DNA of 64,000 nucleotides, from positions 460,660,001 through 460,724,000 of the forward strand of contig CM097882.1 in assembly GCA_044892505.1 (NCBI GenBank). Direction: 5' to 3'. How positions within the stretch are numbered: the stretch's first letter is position 1; every line of letters starts with the position of its first letter. A program made the position numbers and the translations under genes. This DNA comes from Schmidtea nova. Taxonomy: Eukaryota. Below, piece after piece: positions 40,534 through 51,816 of the stretch. The notes beneath the pieces were generated by a model. That model was not told the origin of the DNA. It saw only the letters and a list, made by a program, of their open reading frames with translations, and did no database searches.

Positions 40534-41694
40534 ATGGAAAACGCAAATGAACAGGTAATCGAAGATGAAACGAGAAACGAGATGGCGAACGAACGAGAAG
40601 CAATAAAAAGAGAAATCGAAAGAAGATGTAAAGAGAAAGTAGAACAAAGAACCAGGGAATTACACGAAGTGATGACAAACAATTTCTACGAGAAACTGAA
40701 ATGCGAAAGACAAATGGAGTTATATCAGCTAGAACTCGAGGAAGTGAATAAAGAGATAGTACAACTGACAACACAAATAGAGAAGCTAAAAGGAATAAAT
40801 GTACGAAGTCGACAAAAGATAGAAGAGGTCTATCAGTTGATGAGGAAACAAGCAGAACATTATAAAAATATGATGAAAACGCGAAGAGAAGAGAGGGAGA
40901 AACAAGAGGAAAAGATGGAGGTAAAAATACTAGCAATCAAGGCTCAAGCGAGACATTGGAAAATGGAGTCGAAACGAGTGTATAAAGAAGCCAAAGAGAT
41001 AATCAGAAAGACAGCATACAGCGAAGATTGGAAACTGTATCAAGAGATAGACGAGTTGAAAGAAGAATTGGAACAGAGAAAGCGACAAGAACAAGCAAAC
41101 AAAGAATGGAGTCGAAAACGACAGCGATTTATTCGAGAACAGGCAAAGGAACTAAAGAAAACGCAATGGCAAATACAGACGATAAACGGAGAAATGCGAG
41201 GCATTAGACAGAAAGAGGAAGCTGAAAGACAAAAGTTGATCAGGGAAAAAGAAAGTCTGGAAAGAGATGTAAATGGCTACCAAGGAGTAGTGACTCAAAA
41301 GAAAATGGAATTGAAAGCAGTGAAAGAAAGACATGCGGAATCAAACCGAGCGTATGAGGAAAATATAACGAATTTGACGAAAGAAAACGAAGAACTGAAA
41401 CAGCAGATAATAACCCTGAAAGCAGAGAAAGAAACCATAGAAGTAGAAACCGAACCAACAGAAACAGAAGCCCTGAAGAGAAAAGTGGAAGAAATGGAAA
41501 GACAAATCGAAACTCTGAGCGAACAATCAGACTACATGGAGTATCTGTTAGATGAAGAGATACAAATCTCTCGAACGTATCAAGATGAAATTGCAATGTG
41601 GCGAAGCAGAGTGGTGTGGTTACCGTTTATACCACCACCACCAATGGAGCTCCAAGATGAAGGGTTCCATGAACCAGAGGAAACAGATGTGTAA
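40534..41694 (+). CDS. Long coiled-coil protein with a Pro-rich/acidic tail ending ETDV
   Basis: Intact 386-aa E/K/R/Q-rich heptad ORF. TTACAG acceptor-like site 1 nt before the ATG. Confidence 0.7.
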   Translation: MENANEQVIEDETRNEMANEREAIKREIERRCKEKVEQRTRELHEVMTNNFYEKLKCERQMELYQLELEEVNKEIVQLTTQIEKLKGINVRSRQKIEEVYQLMRKQAEHYKNMMKTRREEREKQEEKMEVKILAIKAQARHWKMESKRVYKEAKEIIRKTAYSEDWKLYQEIDELKEELEQRKRQEQANKEWSRKRQRFIREQAKELKKTQWQIQTINGEMRGIRQKEEAERQKLIREKESLERDVNGYQGVVTQKKMELKAVKERHAESNRAYEENITNLTKENEELKQQIITLKAEKETIEVETEPTETEALKRKVEEMERQIETLSEQSDYMEYLLDEEIQISRTYQDEIAMWRSRVVWLPFIPPPPMELQDEGFHEPEETDV

Positions 41695-41767
41695 AAAGAG
41701 GCGAAAAATCCGTGTGTAAAAATGTACAAATCGATGTAACAGGTATTAATCAGTAGAATAATCAGAA

Positions 41768-42292
41768 ATGATCTGGCTCAAAACCCTACCAATCCTAACG
41801 ATTATGTTAACTACAACAATAATGAACTGCTCAACAACCGAAATCCAAAGAACCCTGTCAAATGAGATATCCCAGGAGATCGAAAAACAACTAAACGAAG
41901 TCAGAGGAGACTTGAAACAATTAATACGACAAATGCGAATCAGTCATGATCATCGCAAACCCTTACAAACCCTATTCAATCAAATCGAGAAGATCCGAGA
42001 AATCCATAAAACCTTTCAAGATCACCTAAAGCCAATCAAAGGGCAAACCCAAATCGAATCCGAAATCCGAAACAGATGGATCATCGTGGGAATAGTCACA
42101 ATGACAATACTGACAATCATCCTGATCATCGTGATTACGTATACCCTATATCGAATCAGAAGCCTCAAACAACAACAAACGATAATGTGTAGATGTGCTA
42201 AAAGAGAAGCAAAAACCCAACAAAGGATGAGAAGTCATCTACGACAAATCCAAGCCCGATACGAAATGCAGTCAACCAGTGAAAGGACCTGA
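41768..42292 (+). CDS. Small type-I membrane protein (signal peptide, coiled coil, TM, basic tail)
   Basis: N-terminal MIWLKTLPILTIMLTTTIMNCS; TM WIIVGIVTMTILTIILIIVITYTL followed by a basic tail. Confidence 0.7.
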   Translation: MIWLKTLPILTIMLTTTIMNCSTTEIQRTLSNEISQEIEKQLNEVRGDLKQLIRQMRISHDHRKPLQTLFNQIEKIREIHKTFQDHLKPIKGQTQIESEIRNRWIIVGIVTMTILTIILIIVITYTLYRIRSLKQQQTIMCRCAKREAKTQQRMRSHLRQIQARYEMQSTSERT

Positions 42293-42462
42293 AAATCAAC
42301 CCCTATGAGCCAGAAACATTGAACTGTGTATAAACAATAAAAACATGACAATGACAATGTGTGACTTTGTATAAATGAGTATGAAAGCTACCACCTTATG
42401 TGGTTTTGCATGTAAGTTCTGTCACGAACTTTTTATGTATGTTGATGTAGGTATATGCATGT

Positions 42463-42497
42463 AATTGCGGGACGCAATTTTAGGGGACCCCGAGTGA
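42463..42497 (+). promoter_or_regulatory. Pre-LTR hairpin plus polypurine-tract-like site
   Basis: AATTGCG-GGA-CGCAATT hairpin, then TTAGGGGACCCCGAGTGA directly abutting the 3-prime LTR TG. The purine tract is imperfect. Confidence 0.6.
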
Positions 42498-44009
42498 TGT
42501 TGGGCCAGCCAAATCGAGCAGCATCTGAAAATAATACACAATCAATAAAATAAATTAAATACAGAATAACAACAAAATAAATTACCAACACCAAAGCGTA
42601 ACAAAATAGGCGGCAACATCTAAAAGAAATAAAATATTAATCAAAACAACAAAAATCTTCAAAACTCACTCATGCGAAGCAGATAAAATTGGAATATGAC
42701 AGCGCGTGGGCGGATGTCACCGAAGACCTAAAGCAAAATCAAATAAAAATTAAATCATACAAAAAATAAACTTACCGCATGATTAACCAAACAAATCGGC
42801 AAGTTAAGTTAGGCAGCAAAAAGCCGACAACATGAAAAATGAAGCAAACATACACACATACTCGATGCTGATTGGCTAACCAACAACACCGGTTGAGTAT
42901 AAATACTGAAGTCAAATCAGTATTTGACAATGTTATTTTTACCAAGTGTAACTTGCAGTTGAGCACTGAGAACATTGTAAATCCAACTTGAAGGAGAAAT
43001 AAAAGGTAATTGTTGTGTGTTAGATTTTTACTTTAAACCCTCATAATTATAATGGTTAACCATATTAAAATCCATAAGGTTTCCGGAGGCCTAACAGCCT
43101 GACGGATTCTCTGGCCTCTCAGCGCAACACAATCTTTCGGTTGTGAGGTGCTGATGCGGCGGGACCATAGGTGTATTAAATATTTGGAAAGCGGAAGGGG
43201 TTAAATGCACATAGGGTATCGAGTAAGACCTAATGAACATGAACGAAATCAAGGTGGAAATGATCTAATATAAACGTTATGCATCACGATGATAGGGTAT
43301 CGAGTATAAACTGGTAGTCGTAAACGAGCGTAAAGTGAAGCCCGTTTTGTAGGGAGGATATATATCGTGGCGAAGTCTAGGCGAGGGATAGACGTGTAGA
43401 AAATAAAATTGGTGTAGATGAATTAGATGACGACAAGGGTAGGTATATGTCGACATTAGCGCGTACGAGTTCGGGCATAGTGAACCTAGTATCAAGGGTT
43501 AAGTCAGTTGTGTTTAGTCGCCAGGATAGATGATAAATAAACTACAGGCATTGAGAACCGATAAAATGATGAACCCCAGTGAGTAAGGACCCCAGGAACT
43601 TGCAAGAATTACCCGACATGGTATGATCATTACTAGTTAAATGAGGAAGTAATCGAAAACGACTGATGAGATTGGATGTGATTAAATAGCATTATCGATA
43701 AATAAAAACTGTTAAAGTTGAGTGATTGAACCTGATTGTTGAAAATTAAGTATAATAGTGATCTGATTTATAAATGCAACCAATCGTGCGTAGCGGAATC
43801 GTCGAAAATAAAACGCGTAGCACATTAACTTCAAGCTACCATCTAACACGACCCACGTCAAGTCCACAATGATTCCGGCAACAATCTAGAAGGTACCCCT
43901 CGGACCTACAGACCTTAAAAATTTAAGACGGGTGGGTTGACTAATATAAATAGGCCCGTTATACCATAGAATCCATAGTTAACAAACAACCATCTTCTTT
44001 AGAAATACT

Positions 44010-44645
44010 ATGGTGAAACTAGAGAATCTCCAAAGGAAGTCGATGATCGCGCACCCGATAAAGATAGAGGACACCATCCTTCGTAAGAAACGGCGCACCC
44101 GCTCCGTCATCCGACCAAATACGAACCCAAACATCAGAGGAGAGAACGAAGCACCTCGAAAGGTTGCAGAAGTATCACGTCGCCACCTACGACGGTGGAT
44201 GAGGGCGCACATGAGCTCGGCAGCTAGTACCCCAGCTTGTGCGTTCGGACTACAGTTGCGGTGGGAAGGAGACACCGATTGGGTACCCTCCTCGGATCAT
44301 AGCAAGCCGGAGAATCCCCGATGGTTCTATCAATTCTGCGATGAGTTACAGCAACCCCGCTGGCTGCTAAGCACCGGAATGATGTCCGGAAAAGAGCTAC
44401 ATCAACTCGGATACACGCTGCTAGACAGGCCTCGGTGTGGCGACACTGGGGAAGTCTTCGTTTATTCAAACGCGCCAGGAAGCGTGTCCTTGGACCAACA
44501 CCCCGAGCCCAAAGACCATCGTCTCTGGGAGGTATTCATCTTTCGGGACAAGTTAAGTTGGAGCCCCGCCCCGGAGTTCTATTACGAAAGTGGAATCCGT
44601 CGTGATGAGAACACGGCCGACCAGGAATTGCGACCCTTCATCTAA
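44010..44645 (+). CDS. LTR-encoded ORF-A (3-prime LTR copy)
   Basis: Protein identical to that of 17901-18536. Confidence 0.65.
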   Translation: MVKLENLQRKSMIAHPIKIEDTILRKKRRTRSVIRPNTNPNIRGENEAPRKVAEVSRRHLRRWMRAHMSSAASTPACAFGLQLRWEGDTDWVPSSDHSKPENPRWFYQFCDELQQPRWLLSTGMMSGKELHQLGYTLLDRPRCGDTGEVFVYSNAPGSVSLDQHPEPKDHRLWEVFIFRDKLSWSPAPEFYYESGIRRDENTADQELRPFI

Positions 44646-44837
44646 ATCGCAAGGAAATCGATCACTCGAAGGAATATTTGATGTGTATTAAAAATAAATG
44701 TATTCATTTTTTGGGTTTTGTTATGTCTTTGAATGTATGGAGCGATCTGAGAGCGAAACACCTGTTTGATAATAAAGATAGTGACTGGGAGAACAGACAA
44801 ACCATACATAACCCGATTAATTGTACATTTTACAGAT

Positions 44838-45401
44838 ATGAGTGAACACCCAACTAGGAACTACAAACAAGAGGCTAAAGAGCACAAAGTACGATCGCAA
44901 GTCCTAGAAAACCGCTTGCGACAGCTAAACGAAGAGCACCAGCGGATTAAAGCCACGTGGTTCAACCCAGAGAGGGTTAAAACCATCCTGCAAGCCAGAT
45001 ACAGGGCGGAACGAACAATCGACGAGCAAGCTAGGGAGGTAGCAGCACTAAAGATGGAGCTGTCGAATTACTTGAGGGCATCAACCCAGGAATTTATCAA
45101 CGAGCAATTACGCCCAGTGATCAGGGCTAGCACTTTTAACCGATGGGTGAACTCAATATCGATGACAACAAGTACCCAAACGGAAATAGAAACCATCCCA
45201 ATCACAACTACCCCAACATCCCCAATAATTCAGGAAGGCTCGAAACGAACAAAGAGACGGAATCGCTTGGGAGCGAAAAAGCGTAGGGAGAGACGCGCGT
45301 ATGCAGATCGCGTAGGAATAGAGGTAGACTTGCTCAGTGGTCTATCTGAGCAAGAACTACTAAATGTAATCCGACCCTCTGTATTATTAAACTATAAATA
45401 A
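44838..45401 (+). CDS. LTR-encoded ORF-B (3-prime LTR copy)
   Basis: One amino-acid difference from the 5-prime copy (IKDTW versus IKATW). Confidence 0.75.
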   Translation: MSEHPTRNYKQEAKEHKVRSQVLENRLRQLNEEHQRIKATWFNPERVKTILQARYRAERTIDEQAREVAALKMELSNYLRASTQEFINEQLRPVIRASTFNRWVNSISMTTSTQTEIETIPITTTPTSPIIQEGSKRTKRRNRLGAKKRRERRAYADRVGIEVDLLSGLSEQELLNVIRPSVLLNYK

Positions 45402-46361
45402 ATGTATAAAATGAATGACTTGACTCGTCTTGTCTGTGTGTAGAATGTCTGAAAATTGAATGGGACTAAAACCCGGATTCGTTTAAACTGCAGATATCTA
45501 AAAAGTAAATTACCCTAGGACAATAGAAAGGAGCATAAGTGGGACCGAAAGAAAGCCACAGACACCTTCTAACGGTAGTGGTGGACCCGTGAATAAACAA
45601 GGGAATAGTAGCCGAAAGGTTGCTCACCTGCCTTGTCATTTCACAACGTTGACACAGCACCAACATGATGAGTAGTTAGGGATACATCATGGGTGTCAGC
45701 GGGGAAATGTTTTTATGTTGGCGAGATCACCCTAACATATAAAATCCTAAGGATCTCAGTTGTACATCTAACCAACACACCAGCAAGTTGATGGAAATGT
45801 TATGGGTATCGGAGCTTCAGGAATGATGTAAGGAGTAAGGATAGTAAATCCGTTCGTGGTGTGCATGCGTATGATTGTATGTGATTACATGTAATTGTTT
45901 GTGTCTGTATGTTGACTTGAATGTTGGATGAAAATGAGTGAGATTTCTTTGGATGTATGATGTTAACTAACATGTCTGTGTGGAATTTTTGGTATGGTTT
46001 GCTTGTGTGTATATAATTGTTGTATGCTATTGAATGATACTGTGTATGTGTGTATATTGTATTTTATATGTATGTTGCTTGTGTATTAGTATGGAAGGTG
46101 CTATTGAATGAAATGGATGTAATTTTTTGCAAATAGGGATGCGTTATGATTTTGAGATATCGTGGGGGTAGTTATAGTATACTATATATAAATTATATAA
46201 AATATTTTTAGAATTAAAATAATAATAATAATTTTTATAATATCTTTTATAAATTTTAAATTTATAATTTTATGAAAGTAATATAATAATAAAATTTCTA
46301 ATTTTTATAATATTCATTTTTAAATTCAAATTTTTATATTTTAAGAATATATATATATATA

Positions 46362-46588
46362 TATTATTATTATCAATAATTCTCATAATGACTATAGATC
46401 AAATTTTTTTTATAAACAATAACACAATATTTCGGCACAGCCTTTATCAAGTGTGTATATACACACTTGATAAAGGCTGTGCGGAAATATTGTGTTATTG
46501 TTTATAAAAAAAATTTGATCTATAGTCATTATGAGAATTATTGATAATAATAATAAAAAAAGATCAAAGGTGAAAAAAGATAATTATG

Positions 46589-46593
<5 letters not shown>
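46362..46593. mobile_element. Minimal Penelope-like pLTR insertion forming a near-perfect palindrome
   Basis: Arms of about 97 bp centred at 46458/46459. Sequence nearly identical to the pLTR at 10437-10570; flanked by (TA)n. Confidence 0.85.
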
Positions 46594-46656
<63 letters not shown>

Positions 46657-49600
46657 TCGTAAAAATTTTTCTATAAAATTTCGAAATTTTAGATTTTATG
46701 AAATGATAAAAATTTTTAATATAATAATAATATTCTCGATTTAAAATTTTTATGGGTTTCAATATAAGTTTTGATTTATAAATTCTTTGGGATTTTATAA
46801 AATGATAAAATCTCTTATACAATAACAATATTAGGAAAATTTTTGGTTTACAATTTTTCATTATAAAATTTTTGCAATAAAATAAAAAGTCAATTTTTTA
46901 TTTTTTGATCAAAACGAATTCCACATAATAATAAAAATTTTTATCCATAAATTTCGAAATCCAAATAAGCATTCAACCTAAAAAGTTTTATATACTGAAT
47001 AAAATAAAATAAAATAAGTTATAAATTTTTCAATGAATATTTTTCGACATCGATTAAAGTGAATTTCGGTTTCGTTCGAGCATGAATTTCCCAACCAAAG
47101 TGCGCACGAATTTTTCGGGACACTCTACTTAGGAACTTCAGGCTCCCGAAAACAAGGTTCACCAGAAAATTATTTAGATGATGAATGAGGTTCAATTCAG
47201 ATCGATCAATACTTATCTTAATAATTCATTTCATTTCGTTATCATTATATCAGTTTTGAGCATTATTTCATATGATTCTTTTTTCAACATTAGCTTCCAT
47301 TTACTTGCGTTTTCGGATAAGATGACAGTTGTTGCGAGAGTGAAGGCGAAAGACGAATAAAATATTCTTGCACAAATTATTTTTCATAATGGAAAAGACA
47401 TTACTGGAGAAAATCATCTTTACGTTTACATGTGGTATTGATTTTTAAATGATGAATATGTCAGAAATTATAAATTCAGATAAACTACATTTATTATAAA
47501 TCAAATATCATTAATATAACAACTTGCCTTTGGCCAAGCCACTGTTCCCCAGTTGGGATGAAGTGATCATGGATGTTTAGGCTATTCACCTGGACTCGGA
47601 AATATGGGCTTATCGATTAACGAATCGAACCAGCGATCCGCTCAGGCTACTTCCACCCGATCGGCACAAGGCCAGAAACAGGCTTCAGGGGGTACGGAAG
47701 TAAAAAATTTATTTATTTATTTAATAATTTGTACTTGGATTACTAGAATTTTTTAATTATGAGAATTCGTGATATAAAAAAATAATAAAATAAAAAAAAA
47801 ATTCATTAGATGCAATCATATATTATTAGTATACAAATTATGACATAATAAAAATAAAAAGAATATAACTAAATGAATTAAATAAAAATAAATAAAGACG
47901 GTGTAGACATGGGATGTCCATTGGGCATGACTTTTTGGACCTCCCATGCCAATAACGCATATATAATGAGATAAAAATAAAATGAAAAAAATCCTTACGC
48001 TCAGTGTGGCTCTCCTGGTCTTCTCAAAAATTTTCTAAATTCTTTTAACAAAATTTTATCGCAAAATTCTTGAACAAAACAGAAAAATATTCACAAATTT
48101 TGATAAATTCTATTTTGATGGCGGTATATATATCATCGATTTTGCGTTACCTTCAGTAGTGTAATAAAACAAATTGTTCTAGAATTTTCCTTATAATTTT
48201 TCTAAATTTATTCTAAAGATTTTCCGAAAATTAAATCCATATTTTTGTGTAATAGTTTTTTATAAAACACAAATAATTTATTTTAATTCAAAATATTTAT
48301 TTTTGAATCGAAATTTGTTCGATTTGATTTAATTTACGATATTTCGATCAATATTAGTTCTTTTTGTTGTTAATGTGAAATATTTTGATACAATCACAAT
48401 TTTCGGCTAAAATTTTGTTAATTCTTTTTGCATTGAAGGTTTTATAACACAATTCCGTTTTTTATGGGTATTTTCAATGGGTTTTCCGCCTATTCTAACT
48501 TTTAAACGTTCTTCTTTTGATGGCATTTGATTTTTCTCGAGGTTTCAATGTAAGGGCTTTCAGACTCACAGCTAGCGCGTTCTCTACTGGTTGATGTGTT
48601 TTGAGTTCACTTCACCTTTTGGTGTTCTCCACTGAATCGTTTGTATTTTTAATGGATGTTTGGGTTAAAACTGAATCTTGCGCGCTCTCTACCTATGGGA
48701 TTATTGCTTTATTAAAACAATTTGTGGTTTTTGCCCAACAATATAAAGTTTCTTTTTTTATAGTCTACCATTTGCATTTAATAGTATTAACACTTCATTT
48801 AAATTATTGAATTTTCAATTTATAGTGTTCTTTATTTACTTTCAAATATACTTTATTTATAATTATATTTTTTCGATAAACGGCATTGTTGTGTTCCGTT
48901 CTAGTGTAACCGGGATTGTCCTTTAACCTAATTGAGTTACCAATGGATCTTAATTCTTGTTGTCGCTACTGACCATCACATAAACATTTTATGACTATAT
49001 GTTATCCTTCACGAAGCGACTTTGGTACTGTAACAAATGGGTGGAATTTTCTTAAAGTTAGAGCTATTTTTAAATAAGGGCATTTTATGGAACTAAATTT
49101 TTATAAAATAATAGTTAAATTTGGATTTTAAAATTTTTCGAAATAATTATGCTAAATTTAATCTTATGTAGTAGGAATTCTATAAAGTAATTACTAAATT
49201 TTAATTTATGGTTTTATAATAATGTGAGTTTGTTGAGGTTGAAACTTAGAATTTTAAAAGTAATGTTTGATCTTGGGGTGATTATGAATAGATGAATTCG
49301 CCTTGGGTAAGTAGGACGTTATAAATTGCAAATGGGATAAATTAACGCTGTAGGATGTTGTGAGTTGCAAGCAATATGTGTTATAGGATGTTGTGAACTG
49401 CAAATTAACTAGATATATTTTTATTAACTAAAATAGTGAATTTTTAGAGTGGTGGTTGACTGTAGGTGATGTTGTTAGATGAAATGGGTAGCTTACCGAT
49501 GAATATAAATAAATAGATTTTGTATAGATTCTTTGGATGCAGAACGTTGTGTATGAGATGTTAATGAGTGAAACGATATAATTTAGATCTATTTATAGAT

Positions 49601-51816
49601 GAATAAANNNNNNNNNNNNNNNNNNNNNNNNNNNNNNNNNNNNNNNNNNNNNNNNNNNNNNNNNNNNNNNNNNNNNNNNNNNNNNNNNNNNNNNNNNNNN
49701 NNNNNNNNNNNNNNNNNNNNNNNNNNNNNNNNNNNNNNNNNNNNNNNNNNNNNNNNNNNNNAATGTATTAATCTGCAAATAAAGTTTTATGAGTTATTTT
49801 GTAATTTTAGGAGGGGTATTTTGTAAAACAATATATATGCAAAAAATATGATCGGTAATAGTGAAAGTACAAAAACAATTGACTGCTATATAAAAACCAG
49901 AACTAATAATTAAAAATGATCACCAAATTTGTTATCAGCGTCAAAGATTTAAGGGGTTTATGCGAAAATTTATTTTGTAACAAAGTCTTTGTTGAGCAGT
50001 GTTATTTTAACCATTAAACAAAAAATTTTATTTTTTCTTGTTTAAAATAAGTTGTCAGTATTTTTTCAAGTGTTTATTTCCTGAAATTAAAGAAAACTTT
50101 GAATTATCTTCTAAAAAATAAAAATAGATCAAATTAAACAAAGATCATTTACATCTTTAATTTTGATCTTTTTATGAATTTCAGATATCACCTTAAAAAT
50201 GAAAATTTTCTTTTTTTGAAAAATAAACAAATAAATAGAAATAAAAAAATTAAAATAAAGGATATTGACAAAAAGATTTTTGACATTTAAAATTTAAAAT
50301 TTATGGTTGTTTTAATTGGTTAACTATCTAAATTTAGAAATATTAGAAAATTGAAGTATAAATAGATTAAATTTTAAATTAAAATATTATTAAAATTCTT
50401 GAAATGAGCTGCTCAAGTGAGATATATTTTATTTAATAATTTATATTACAGTCACTATTTCAGAGAAAGATGAAAACAAAATGGAAATAAAAACCTACAA
50501 AATTATTGGTTTACAAAAGTCATTCAGTGGAAACAAAGCAAAAAATGCTACAGTTGATTTGAAAATTGAATGCTCGTAAAATTATTTTATTTGTTAAAAT
50601 TATATTTTTTTAAATTTAAATTTAGAAAATATTATTTGACCGTGACCCTGTCCGATCAGACCGAGGTATCAACAACTTACGAATTTGAAACCGGATTCCA
50701 TCTGACTAAATGCTTCTTCAAAGTTCGCAGTGGGGCAATTGATGTTTACTATTATTAAATGTCAATAAAATATCTTTATTCTTAAATATATCTATTTTCT
50801 CATAGCATTTTTTTTAAATTTCTTATAATAATCTATGACACATTCTTTATTTTTTAAATATTTTATCCAAATATTTTTTTTAATTTAAAAAATTTTATGC
50901 AATAAAATTTATACTTAAAAAGATAAATAAAAAAAATATTTTTAATTTTATTATAATTTAAAATTTATAAAATTTATTGAAATTCATATTGAAATTTGTG
51001 AAATAATAAAATTGGATTTGTTGACTAAAACATTCTCGTCATAACTTAATTAATTTTTTTGCAAATTTCACACTGATTTTGTTATTCTTGTTTAGTGAAC
51101 AAAATTTGGATTTATTTGTGTGAAACAATTGAGAAATCAATTTCTATTTGTTTTTACATAATCGTGAAAAGCTAACAATTATTTATGTCAATAATAATCT
51201 ATGTTCCAACAATTTTTTTTATTTGTTCTCATTTATTAAATATGTAGCAATAAAATTTCACTACATCTACAACGTTGTCTGTAAATGTGCTAATTAATAT
51301 AACTTAATCTGACATCTCTTTTATAGCTTCCTTCAGTCTTCTTGGATTGTTAAATGCCATTCAGATAGTTTATTCAGAATTAAATTTCAAACAATTAAAC
51401 GGAAAACTTTCATTTGCAAAACATGTAAAAATTGACTTTACAAAACTAAATTATTTCTGAATTTATAATGCGCGATATATTAGTTTTATATAGAAGCAAA
51501 TAAATTTTGATTGGATCTGCATTTCAAGAAGAGCCATTATAATTAGATAAAAACGATATTTGATATTTGAATTATAAAATCAATAAAGATTAGTAATCTA
51601 CAATTTACAGTTAGAGCTCGGTTTTCCATTGCCAAGGCAAGTTTTATAGGCGGATTATTGGGTCGGACATTATCATACTCTTTTCTAATGTCATGGCGAA
51701 TATTATAAGCCATCTTTTCGGTAAAGAACAGAGACAGAATTGATTTATGAGTCACTTTTAGAATAATTAGCAATGGTAAGAAAGGGGTGACAGTGACGCT
51801 TGGCATGCGTCTAATG

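Larger units (their letters stand above)
16389..45785 (+). mobile_element. Giant (29.4 kb) envelope-carrying Ty3/Gypsy LTR retrotransposon, structurally complete
   Basis: TG...CA direct LTRs offset by 26,109 bp. 4-bp TSD AGTT at 16385-16388 and 45786-45789. PBS and PPT-like site present. PR-RT-RH-IN order with a GPY motif. Confidence 0.96.
42498..45785 (+). repeat. 3-prime LTR (3,288 bp)
   Basis: Same termini and length as the 5-prime LTR; followed directly by the AGTT TSD. Confidence 0.96.

Noticed and set aside
23396-41596. Numerous minus-strand ORFs inside the element (for example 23396-24193, 38335-39381, 40445-40936)
   Set aside because: Low-complexity F/L/S-rich shadows of the purine-rich sense frame, with no recognisable motifs.
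45786-46180. G/T-rich target sequence on both sides of the giant element, with a GGGGGTAG tract suggesting an older LTR element
   Set aside because: No coding or terminal hallmarks sufficient to call a nested host element.
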